Shown: piece after piece, positions 36,801-49,299 of the stretch
Layout: every line of letters starts with the position of its first letter
Position numbering within the stretch: the stretch's first letter is position 1
Origin: Fimbriosthenelais zetlandica
Taxonomy: Eukaryota
DNA: 64,000 bases
Direction of reading: 5' to 3'
NCBI GenBank assembly: GCA_977030845.1
Contig: OZ365110.1
Coordinates: forward strand, 15,872,001 to 15,936,000
Program-made: the position numbers and the translations under genes
Notes under the pieces: model-generated
What the model saw: only the letters and a program-made list of their open reading frames with translations
The model's database searches: none
What the model was told of the DNA's origin: nothing

Positions 36801-39800
36801 TTCATCGTACACTTATTGAACACCTATATAGATATGTATCACTCATGGTTAGAATAATCTTAATTGATTTTGTTTGACAAGGCACATGGATCGCGTCCAA
36901 ACGTCTCCAAAGATTTCCTACTAAAATGAGCAGTCCAATGTGTCCTTTGTCAAAAGGCCAATACATAAAGTTCAAAATGTTTATTTGCAAATTTCTCGGT
37001 AAATTGGGATCTGTTACGTTTTATTTTTGTAGTGTGAAGCGTACAAATAATCGTGGAGAAAGCAAGTGATGTTGCGAATATATATGCAGACGACCAAAGC
37101 GGTATGTATAGGCCTATCATGGGAAAAAGTGTGATACACAATCCTATAACAAAACTTCAGGGATGGGGGTGAACGAGAAGAAAATACTTCTCCCCAATCC
37201 CTGAAGTTTTGTTTTTATTCCATGGTCCCTGCCCCATATCATGCTATGATACAACCTCATGCATCCACGTGACATGAGACATTTAGGCTGGTTTTCGTTT
37301 AGGTTACCATGGAAACGACGCATGTTTTTTTCCACACATATTAACCAGTTATTGATAAGCATACCTATGGAAGTAGATAAAACAGTAAAATATGCCTCCA
37401 CATGACAGGTTCACAGGTCCATTCAACTAACTAACATGTCACTGGGGAGGACAGTGACCTTGGGGGACTTTCCCAAGGTCATATCAATAGCCTGTCCCAG
37501 GTGTTGGACGCAGATCAGGATCTCCCTAGCGGCAGAACATAGAATTACACTGAGCAGTATGATGGATGAGGTGAGGGGGGCTGAGGACCCCGACCCCGAC
37601 CCCAGTCGTATAAAATATTGGATTACAATGCCTTAGCAATTCGTGAGTTTAGAGCTTTGAAAATAGACGGTGAAAGTAGGTTCATTATCGCTCAATGAAC
37701 GGTGAAAACGAGCAGAATATTTTACCAGCCCATTCAAAATGGTAACGTTGCTACTTCGGTGAATGAATATTTTGTCAGTCATGTGTATGCCCCCTTCCCC
37801 GCACTTCTTATTTCGTATTGAATGAAGAGCAAAATCTTTTCTGAAAGCCCTATTTGAATATCAATTGCCCAATCAACTGATTTTGTGCAGTTTTGTAAAG
37901 TTTGAATATTTGATGTCACCTTCATTGAACCAACATTGACATGGACCTATATGCTCTTAAGAACGCGTCACATTCGAATGATAATATATTTTAAACTGAT
38001 GTGGAGAGAATAAAGTAAAGGAAGAGCTTGGAAATTGTATTATACCAGCACTATATGAGGCTTTAAGAATGTATTTTCATCTGGGATATTTCTTGATTTA
38101 AATTACCCATGATAAATGGAGTTCTCCGATATATGCCAACACTCTCCCATGTTTTCTTGTTTCAAAGGAAGGGGAAGAGTAAATGCAAGAGGGTGATATA
38201 TATTGGTCTAGCCATAGGGTGAGACACATGGGGTTGTGGTACAGACTGCGGGCGATTTGTCATATCTATAGGTCGAACCAGGATCTTGAAGATCACAGTG
38301 ACAAAGGGGACACCAAAGAAGAGCCATCTTAAATGAGGAAAAGCCCATGGAAAAGGCGCCTGGGAGAGAAAGCCATTCATTTCTATTCCACTTCCTAGGT
38401 TCTTCCTTTGTTTGCAATAATACCACTGCAGACTCGTCACACAACAATACCAAAGCTTACTGAAGATGACACAGTTTCTATCTCAGAAATGATGGAATAT
38501 GGTAACGTAAGCGAAAATAAGTTGTCGACACAAAATGAACTCATTTCCAAGTACTGTATGTTTCTGCTTTGAAATGTTGCTCATTGGGATTCAATTGTAT
38601 CTGCTTACTTTTAGGGAAAAAAACATCACTTTAGTTGCCTATTTCTGACTTATCCAAGATCCAAGATGGAAAGGGTCCTGTTGGCTTGCGTGTTGCCTAT
38701 AAAGATTTATGAGCTTGTTGGTGAATTTTAGGAGGGCTATATAATACTGCCATATCTCAAATGATGTATGCCCGCCATGTATAGTAATAGGCACCTATAG
38801 CATGGTGAAACAAATATAGTAGGAGTCCAACCCTGAGGAGAAACTAAATTCAGCTCCCATACACTGAATGAAAATTATAAGGGAGAAAAATGATATAGAT
38901 ATTTTGATGGCCATTTAAAATGTGAAAGATTAATTTTCCATAAAATCAGTATACTTAAAATGTAAAGATCGTCGTGTGGTATTAAATTCATACCTGCAGG
39001 AATTGTTTTATTTCTCAATTGAAGCAAAGGTCAAAAATATTATCTCGTATCAGGGAGGTTTTTATGTCAGACTATCTGCAGACAATTTGCAAAGAAAACA
39101 GCAGATTTTGCTAACATTAAGAATTATGTATGACAGTTCTCCTGGGAGTTCTCTATCGCATCAATGACAAAGTTGAAACTACACAAATCGAATGTGTCCT
39201 CACAACATTTGCCTAATCACCCAAAAGGTCCCAAGAAGCATAATAATGCCGCATCTGTTTTACAAGCGATATAAGAATGCAACATTTCGAATACATTGGT
39301 ATTGAGAAACACGAAATACCTGTGTGCTAAATAACATAAGATCATACATTGATTCAACATAGCGGAGAAAATATTTAAAAGGCATGAAGAGGCACAATAT
39401 TTGTGTGGCACATTAAGAACCTTCATAGCACAATACACCATTGTGAATATTGTACCATATTGAAGACTATTTTGTAGGAAGGCCAATCTTTAAATAACAA
39501 AGGATAGCTTGCCTGTGAGTAGATTGTGACAGCATCATAGAGTAGGCTGCATTTTCCTCTGTTCATGCATCTGTCATGGTAATATTCAACAAGAAAGGCT
39601 TCAGCGAAAAAGCAAGCATTGCATGTTTAGGAAACCTCTTTTTCATGAACAATTCTGAATGAAGGCCTCTAAAACTTATTATGGCAGCATTTATCACTGT
39701 CCAAATAATAGCATCGATTTTCAGGGTGTGGGAACTGTGGACAAAGAGACGTCAGGTTGAATGCATGTTGTTGGCCATTTAATGGTAGCATGTTTGTAAC

Positions 39801-39985
39801 ATGTGTAGGTATTTTTGCATGCCGAGCTATGTGACCCAGGTTCTATGTCTTTGATATCTGTGACCAAAGGTGGAGGCCATCTTATATCCTTCTCAGAGAC
39901 CTTTAGTAAATGGATTCTTTTCTAACCAACCTTGGGCCATATAAGCCTGATCATATCTAATCGCTAATTGACTACCATGCAGGTA

Positions 39986-40181
39986 AAGGCGGGACTCCAC
40001 TGCTGCGATTTTGCTTGCGACACTACTACGACAAAGGTGATGCTTGTGTCGCAATAAAATTTATCAATTGTGGTCGAAGTTTCCAAGACCTTAAGGCCGT
40101 CCTCCATTTCCATTGCGACACAGGCATCACCTTTGTCGCAGGTGTGTCGCAAGCAAAATCGCAGCAGTGGACGCCAGGCTT
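39986..40181. mobile_element. MITE family C, copy 2
   Basis: Same TIR family as 7690-7899, with the internal segment in reverse orientation. TA at 39984-39985 and 40182-40183. Confidence 0.8.
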
Positions 40182-43100
40182 TATGCATAAATTGTCGTCA
40201 GCACTCAAACATGTGCGTTGAAATACATTTTTTTTTTAATTTAGTAACTAATAAGGAAGGCGAAAAGATGACTTGCTGCTCTGATATATATTATACAGTA
40301 CATACTTACTTTTCAGACTGCATTTAGCCCGATCACCCGCGTATTATTTAATAAATGCATGGCGTCTATACAGTTACTGTAAGCAGTATACCTTTTTGTA
40401 GGTGGACATGTATCCATCTTATAAATACAAATTGAATTTAGAGAAGGGACATTTGGAAAGGGAAGTTTGCGGTTGACAAGACCTCCCATGGTGATACGGC
40501 CCTGCCAAATTGCAAGATGGCTCCTTGTTAGAAGCAAAATCTGACAGGCTGAGGAAGTGAAAATGGACAGGTTGCCACACCCCTTACGGACCTCCGCCAA
40601 AACACGTTTTTGTCCTTTTATCAGTAGTCCGCCTTTTACTCAGAGGCCACCATTTGAATGTCAGGACACCTCAACAAAGTCTATGGGACGTGAAGGATCC
40701 ATTATTATGAGAATTCTCATTGTTGAAAAAGTTTTAACTTCTCAGGTGGTTTTTAAAAAATGACTCGTTTAACATTTGTTCGACGACTTTTGTGGTTGAG
40801 ACCCCCGGAAAGCAACACGCAAGGGAAGCGAGTCAGGCAGACTTTGACCTATAATAATGTGAGAAATATTAAACTTTCAAAAGAAATAATGACCTAAAAT
40901 GTTAAGAGATGCTGAGATTTTAACAAATATATTTCCAACGTACCTATATATACCCTATATGTTCAAGGGTAGGTACATTAGAATTTGCATTTCAACGGGG
41001 GGAAACGCCATGTGTTGTTAAGCAGAATAAAATAGTCATAAAAAGTATTTTTATGACTATTCAATTAATGTATCTTCCATTACTGCATTAGCAGGTGCAA
41101 GTATATCAAAGCTGCGGTCAGACAGGACAGAAAATCAGGGGGAACAAACTAATAAAGCATTTGGCCTTATTTTTCAGTTGCCATGGACTGTAAAAGAACC
41201 ATATAATGACAAGTAAAATAGCCAAAAACAGATGCAATATAGATTCTTTTTATCTACAATCTTAGTTCTCCCAAAGGAAGAACCATAATGGGATTGTGGC
41301 CATGCCTGAAGAGTAACTCCCGATATTTCTTTTTAGGCTTTGCCAGAATGTTTTAGCCATAATATTTGTAATCTACCTGGGTTGGATAAGAGTATTATGC
41401 CAGATAGTATTATGTGGTGAGTGGGGACAATACCTATGGAGCTTGTGCTATCAGGTTCCATATTTTCATCCCATCCTTTCAATGACTATAAGGGATACCA
41501 GCTGATACTTCTTGTGAGGAGACAAAAACCGGTTGATGTTAAGCTACTTCTATAAGAAGAAGACTTTTACCAGACAGAACCACATGCCAACACATGCAAA
41601 ATGTCTTCTCCGAAAGGAGTTTGTCGTGTGATGTATCCAAATCAACCTATGAAATGGGTATAAAGTGCACAACTTTTTAATCTATGAACTAAGATATTCT
41701 CATCTAGATACAAGATCATGATGTATGAAAATATCAATTAACATGAAAAAAATATATTCTCGTTTATTATAGGCTCCAGATCAGGTATATTTACAAGGTT
41801 AGGATCAGAAGCATAATTTCAAAGCTGCCAAAAAGGCCACATGTAACAACCGGTGGCGTGCAGAACGCTACCAATACGTTGATTCCATGTTTCTTAGAAG
41901 GAACAGGAATGGGCGTGTCCCCTCTTTTAATGCTTCCTGACAACTTATCAAAGGAACAAGAGAGACACTACCACCGCAAGAAAGACCAGGCAAGAAAAAT
42001 ACATAATTAGGAACCTGAAGAGAGGAAATCTGTACAAGTGAACAAAAAAAAGCACTTGGTATAGGGACGTTATATAAGGCGAGGAAATGATGGATGTGTA
42101 AATGCATTATGTTTCCGGTGAGATCTCGTTGGAGTGTAATATATGGAAGCAGTTGCCTGATATTCTCCTACAGAGGAATATATTGTCCACACCCGTGCCT
42201 TGCTCATGTACTTGATTGTATTTGGCACGGTGCTGAACTGTCAGGAGTGGGGCTAAAGAGGAGCACCCCAAATAATTGATTTGTGTGGTAGGAAGGCATA
42301 TATATATATGGGCAAATATCATCTAGGGAAAGGAGATTGCTCACGACAGGAATTGCTGTCGCCTTCGGTGGATCTATCTTTTCTGTTTTTTTCACCTTCA
42401 GAGAAAGGTCTAGACTAGAATCATAATCAAAGACACATCTAAAGAATTCTCATACTCTATGCGGTTAGATTATAATAGCCATATACATATGTGCATGTAT
42501 ATGGTAAGGAAGGAAGTAGGGGAGACCGAGGGAAGTATATAGGGAATGCGGAGTTATAGAGAGATGCCTTTGAATAATTCACGAGAGAAGCATAGCGAGG
42601 ACATCTTCTATTATTCACTGGCCATCTATACTACAATGAATTACTTTTATTGATCATTCGAGTGCGAAGAATTGCAAGGAAGATGGAATGACCTGCCACA
42701 AGCAGAAATCACATGGTAAAATCCAAGCAAGGAAAATATGAATGATATCATAAAAACCATTCACTATAAAACGGTATCACACGGGCAGATATACAACGGG
42801 ACGCAGAGATTCAGCATGATTGTCATCGAATGGTAAATGGTCAGAAATCAGAACATCCCGTAAGCTCTTGGATTAAATATAATGTTTTAATTAAAATTAA
42901 TACAAATTTTCAACCATGTCCTCGTTGGGGATTTTACCGGGTAATGAATATATATTGTATTCAATACATTTCTGTGTGATGTCAAAATGATCATTGGTAT
43001 GGTCTTCTACAAGTCCTATCCTACAAGTGATAATATTGACTTTTCCTTATCAAGCAACCAAGCAACTTTTTTTATGTTGGTGATCTATCGGGGGAATCCT

Positions 43101-44752
43101 TTTGTTGCAATTTTCTTTTACTCAGTGTCATGATAAGCCCCAAGACAAAGGCAATATCTGGCTGTATCATAATTGTGTAAGATGATCTTTGGCATGGCGT
43201 TGTTGGGGGAGCTTCCGGAGTGGACAAGTAGTAAGCACGCAAGTATTGTCGAGGGTGCACCCAGGGGAACCAAGCCACCCCATCCCTCATCTGCCAGGGC
43301 TGCATTAAAGGTAATAATGATAAAGAGTGGCATTGAATAGGAAGGTCAGGTTGTTATGGTGACGAATAACAATGCTGCTCTGCCCCTCTATACTACCAAT
43401 GGTGGAATCAAGTATAAACAAGATATAGTAAATCCCATGTAAAAAGAACCTCCAAGTCTATAGGCGGAAGGGTTTTGAATATGGCTGGTATGCTATGATG
43501 TAGGGAAGGTCCCCTAGGTTTAACTATCACACGCTTTTAGCTCTGTGTACTACACACCAACTATGCAATCCAGGCTCAAGGGTGAGAGGCGCAGGGTCGT
43601 ATGCTTATGGAAAAATAGGACCATAAGCTAAAATATTAACAGGTCTCTGGGCGAGCAGAGAGGAGGAAAGGATGCTGAAGGGAGAGCCCTTTACAATCCT
43701 ACCTTCCACCGAATGGAAATTAGACCATGTAATATTAAGTGAAGGCATTTTCTTTTACAAATAGGCGCGAATGGAATGTTCGCGTGAGAAGTGGGGGCCA
43801 TGATGGCAATTGCAGGGTGTGATATTCACAAGTGGTTTTTGCTTTAACTTTATTCCACACTGACATGATGTATTAGACGACGAGGAGACTTCTCGATACA
43901 AATGGTTCTTTCTCTACTCATTTGTAGCATCCAAAATGCTGAAAGTTTCAGTTCACGCCCACTGCTCTGCTAATGTAGTTAATGCTACGTTTTCTTAATA
44001 ATTATTCTTGGGTGACTGAGAGTCATGAATGCTGGTTGTAACTTGAGTGAGGACATATTTAGCAAACCGACTCTTTAATTGTCATCCACTTGTGATTTCG
44101 CCATAATGTCAGGAATAAATCCCTTGGGAATTAACTCGTCACGATTTTAATAGATTTTAGCCGTCGTTATAATGGAGTAGCCAGAAGTCATTTTAAAATA
44201 GTAATGCTCAAGAGACAAAAATTCTAATTTTACTCTGACCCAGTTGGTGTGTCGTTCCTTAGACTAAATGAAAGTGGGAATTATAGGTTCCTGATGAAAA
44301 TCTATATCAGTAAGCATAAGGAAACATCTATACATAACGGTTGATTTATACAGATTTAATGTACTAAGTTGTATGCTTTTAACCACATTCTTATTACAGG
44401 TAACTAAATAATCCACCTAATAATCGATGTCACGAGTTCGAACTGTTGATGAAATTTTAAGCACATTTTGAAGCATGAGCTGTTTCAATTTCAACTTCAT
44501 CTCGATTTTCATGGATGTCAGAGCTAACGGAGAAAGCAATAAATTATTTTTTGGGGGAGTATTTATTTATTGCTTTAATTAAAGGGAGGAAAGAAACAAA
44601 TGGATGCTTATCTCTGCCCTTCAACATACATTTATTCATCCGTGTCAAGCAAACTGTCACATGATACGTTGTGACGTAATAACTTATGCCCTGAACATGC
44701 ATAATTAAAGCATGCACGTCGCTTAGGACGTAGACAGCGTGTTGTGACTTAC

Positions 44753-44822
44753 ACTCGTGATTGCACCAGAGCACCAAGCCCATACATAACAGAGGTGTAT
44801 AGGAGAGGGTACCAAACAACAT
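44753..44822 (-). CDS. Candidate first coding (signal-peptide) exon, MLFGTLSYTPLLCMGLVLWCNHE, phase 1; possibly of gene 2
   Basis: ATG at 44822-44820, a hydrophobic core LLCMGLVLWC and a consensus donor |GTAAGT at 44752. A CpG-enriched 5' UTR/promoter-like stretch lies at 44830-45010. The link to gene 2 is inferred from strand and phase only. Confidence 0.4.
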
Positions 44823-46249
44823 CTTATGGCTTATTCATAGACAGAGGATGTGCTTTTGCGCTGGAGGTCACCGCCAACAAGGGAGGAGCGATGGATGATA
44901 GGTCCGGACATGCTGTACGGTCATTTTTCTTCAGACACCGATGAATACACTTCCGCTTCGCTTAGTTCATCCGCAGACCGCTACCGATGATTACATCGCG
45001 CTAGTCCTCCTGCCAACAATCTATTTCCTCTTACAAGTCGCTATGAGTCCTCAGCAATGTTTAAACAGACACCCTAGGGCCTTGTAATGGGTCTCCCTAG
45101 CAGCCTTTAAGGGTCCACAATAAGCGATTCGAGTACATAGGCAAACAATTACTGTTGATGTTCAATTGAAGTGATAGTTTCTAGGACTTTATATATAGGC
45201 TTCCATAATGATACGCCTCTTTTTTTAGCATCTGCTTCCCTCTACTTTTAGTATAGAATGATGCACGTAGAAATACTGGCTCTAAGATTCTATTTGTTGA
45301 TAAAAACAGATCGCCCTATATCCCTACCCCACCCCTTGAAATCGCTGGCTGCATCGATCTGTATTTTCTCTGCTATAGAAGTAATGGGGATCTAGAACGA
45401 TTTCCTTCAGCACAAGTCCTCAGCACTCAATGAAAAGCAAGACAAATAAGCCTGGAGACGGCTAGTCAAGTAATAAACCGAGAAATAATGACAAAAAAGA
45501 TGCAACTAAGATGACTTTTTTTTCGAACCAGAGACAGACGCTGAGGCATAGGAAGAATTGGATCATTAGGCTTCACCCTTTCTTATGTTCGATCATAAAC
45601 ACGATTGTAAATGATCTGTTTCTCTAGCCTGAATTATCAAGCCTCTTATCACATGAAAAAGGTTAAAAAGATTTTATATATCATCATTAGATATACTAGA
45701 CGGATAAAACATTGTGAGGCTCTTTTATATGCATGAATGGTGATTATGATTTTTATGGCCATGTTTTCTCCGAACCATTATGTGAACGCAATTTGCTTTA
45801 TTGCGTTAAGCATTTATGTATAATTTATAAATACTTGATCATCATATTAAACATATTACAGGCTCACATACATTCTAACTCCATTCCTTTATTTTTTCAC
45901 TCTTGAACTAACTCATTTATATCCGTTTCATTTTGTCTCTGTCATTTCTCTTTTTCATAATTTCTATTGAATCCTGTCATCCCATTGCCTCAAGGTTACC
46001 ACCAAACCGTTTGCCACCAGTATTTTAAGTCTAAATTCATGACATATTACTGGCCTATGATTTCCTATTATAAAACATTTGTCTAAGAACATTATTCTAG
46101 TTTCCGCCCATTCAGCTTGCAGATTCATTTTCTTGGCTCTGCTGTTTGTAGCTTGGGTTTTCGGTGTCCTTGGTGACTTAAGGTCAATGGTATATTTCTT
46201 GATAATTTAAGGGCCAGCAGTCAGAATGTATTAGCTCATGCTAATGAGG

Positions 46250-47500
46250 GGCTTTGGAGTCACATTGCGAGATAGGAGAAGGCTGATGCATGCATACAAG
46301 TCAAGCAACCAACAGGTCCCCCCGTTCAGTCTATGCAGGCGACTTGTATAAATGTGCTGGCCTTTCCAATCTATTTCCTCGTTGGAGGCCGGAGTAAAGC
46401 ATGGGATCAGTCTACTAGGTGGGGGTCAGTATCCCACTTGTCGGGCCGCTTACAGCTCAGTGTCCCTAGCTATCCCATGCAATTAGCGCCACAATCCCAG
46501 CCCAATTAAAGCCGAGGTATCTATGTAGAACGAGGAGATAGCACTGCAGGAAGGGCCAGGACTGGGATAGTGGCCAGTGACATGGGATACTTTCAGGAGG
46601 AGCGGGGGGTGGGGGAGTGGTTAGACAGGAGCCACCGACATCTCCAGGGTAAAGGGGGTGTAGGCCTATAAGACAGATGCCAGCCGAGTACCACAGATTA
46701 CCGCTCCATATGCTTGTCTCCATCCCAGAGGGTTTGCTTCTTAATGCCAGTCCTTGAAGGGTGCTCCTCACTATACCATACCACAGGTACCTGGAGGAAA
46801 GAGGGACGTCAAGCTACTGGGGCCGGGGTTAGTGGCGGACTGATATTGCTGGGGGATTACAACTATCGATGGTTTTCTCCGCAGCCCTGGCCCCTGTATG
46901 AGTTGGTCCTCCTTTGGGATGCCATATTTCACCGGGGGGCTAGAGACATGTGAAGGTTGGGGATAATACCAGTTCCCGGCGGGCGCACTGGCCACAGCTG
47001 ATTCCCGCCCTGCCTCCACATTGTCCCACCACCCCAGCCAATACATCTTCACAGTGGCCTCCAACATAAAAGACTCCTCACCCTGGAGTCACTCAGGAAT
47101 TCGGTACACGCTGGTCAAGCGGGTTCAAGTCAGGAGGATCCTCTCTCCCCAGGAGGAGGTGAAGACAGCCATTGAAGAGGCTAGAGGAGGAAGCTCCTCC
47201 TGGCACACGGAAGGGCCACACCACCATAGCCAGCCACCATGGCCCTCTGAGGGGCACCATTGTCCCCTCCACTGGTGCTGCGTTTGAACTTTGCCACCGG
47301 TTCCCCCAGCTTCCACTTGGCTTTCAATGGCGGGAAATGACATCTCTTGTTGAGTCGCCATGCCAACCGCCCAACCACACAGTCCTTGACAAAGCAAGGA
47401 CGGCCTGGACAACACGTGACCACAACTTTTCCGTGGGCAGTCTGGTTGGTGGTGGTTTCCCTCCTCTGATGCTGGCTATTGGCAGCAGGCGATAGCTCTC
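46250..47500 (+). mobile_element. GC-rich decayed retroelement-like segment
   Basis: GC is well above the flanks and every frame is broken. Plus-strand fragments LILLGDYN (cf. APE-endonuclease GDFN) and EEVKTAI/KRL..APPG (cf. LINE ORF2 EEVxxAIxxLxxxKAPG). The spacing is shorter than expected. Confidence 0.3.
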
Positions 47501-47727
47501 TCCAAGGCTTGTTAAAACAGAAATCACGCGTTCTGTTTTGTTCACAAACCCCACGTCCAATATTAGGTTATAACGTTTCCAATGAGGCCTATTCCGAGCT
47601 TGTGTCCCTTCAGGGAAAGCCCCCGACCATCATAAGCTCAAGCAAGGAGTTGCAATGAAAGCTTGCCACTCATGGTTCGTGACTCCTCATTTGTCACGCA
47701 AATCTGGTCTGTAAATTCCCACGTTTG

Positions 47728-47743
47728 CCCCCCCCCCCCCCCC
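47728..47743. repeat. C16 homopolymer
   Basis: Read directly from the sequence. Confidence 0.8.
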
Positions 47744-49299
47744 ACCCTTCTGGTATGTCAACCCCCTCGATCTCCTCCCCCACATCATTAGTTTCAGACA
47801 TTAAGCATTTATGACAAGGAAGAGACCTCCCCTCCTCCACATAGTTGCAGGGGGTATATGGTGGCCCACAATGCAATTAACTCGATTAATATTAGGGAGA
47901 CGGTGGAAGAAATGGAAACAAATTAATCTAATGTGCATCTATGGAAGCGTGTCTCAGGCCAGCTCCTCTATTCTCTTACATCTGAAAGAGAGGTAAATGT
48001 CCCAAAACCTAATTTGTATAAGTTATATTAACGCTGAGATGCGGGGCGAATTTAGCCTTGATCTAATTTGGAGCCTGGTCGCTAGAGGGCTATTGGTTAT
48101 GGATGAGATGCCCGAACAAGACCCCGGATGCATTAATGCTGTTTCAGTGGCGGGAGATGCTTACATCTGTCGCCGCTAGGTGCTCTGCCGTCGCTTGGCT
48201 GAGGCCTTCGTCAGTGGTTAAGAGAGGGACAGAGACGTCACATGCTATCTTAGCCAGTTGATAAGAGGAGAAGTAAGACCGCAGCTCATTGAGACACCAG
48301 CGGGGCTGTTCTACGTATGCTGCTTCCATACTCCAAAGCCACTCTGTGTATACTACTTACGCACGCACTGGGCGAACCACATGCTTTCACCAGTCTTGCC
48401 CAGTCCCCCTCGCACATGCATGGACAATGCATAACACTTCAAGACAAAACCCCTCCAGGAGCTGCACATCAAACCTATAGTGTAGCAACAGACTCGGGAT
48501 AGTGGCTTCCTCGTTTGAGGGTTAATTGTATAAGGACTTGAATCATCTCTTCTATGGACATACAGATTCATTTAAACCTACTGGATTGTACTCTATGTGA
48601 TATATGAGAATAGAGACGGTGCTAGATTGTACTCTATGTGAGTTGGTATTTAAACTGAGTATTGAGAGTGGTAATGATGTGCTGATGCTGCTCAAGAAGT
48701 TACGCCTGGTTTCATCTGGTGGTCTGAGGCCAAACAGGGGTAAAGAGGCCGCTGGCCAGCCATATTAAGGTAGGTTAAACATGTGACTTCCACTGGGCTT
48801 CAACAGCGGCTCCAAGGAGGGTGGTATTATAGGCCTGGGTGGAGCTGAAAGGGGAGGGAAAGAGGGGAATAAAGAGAAAGACAAGCTGATGGTGGTGGTA
48901 GTAATGGTGAAGGTGGTAGCTTGGGGTTCTCCACATGGCTTCCCAACACAGTCACTTTGAGCCTAGTCAAGCATTGACATCTTGTGTGCCAAAAAAGCTT
49001 CAGCATCAATTGCTGCTTCATTTCAAATCGGCCCTCACTTTTGACAGCTCTAGGTGGCCGCGCGGAAATGACGTAAACAGATGACATGACGTCGACGTTG
49101 CGCACAAGGCCATAAAATACTGGCACAAAATTGCCTCTCTTCTAATCGGTAAATGATTGCCCACTGACGACGAAGAGATCAAAATGAGGAATGGATCCGA
49201 GGAGCCTGGGTGTGGAGAGTTTTTGGGGGGCTAATTATTGTGACTCAAATGGGAAAGAAATGGCTCAAGGGACTGAGTTTGGTTAAGACAGGAGGAGTG

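Noticed and set aside
38200-38450. hAT TTF zinc-finger remnant (EWLS..FPW..LWCPLC)
   Set aside because: It needs several frameshifts to assemble and has no TIRs or further transposase motifs; too weak to call.
41337-41416. Plus-strand AG..GT-bounded open segment (ALPECFSHNICNLPG..)
   Set aside because: Isolated, with no partner exons or recognisable motif. Such segments arise by chance in 64 kb.
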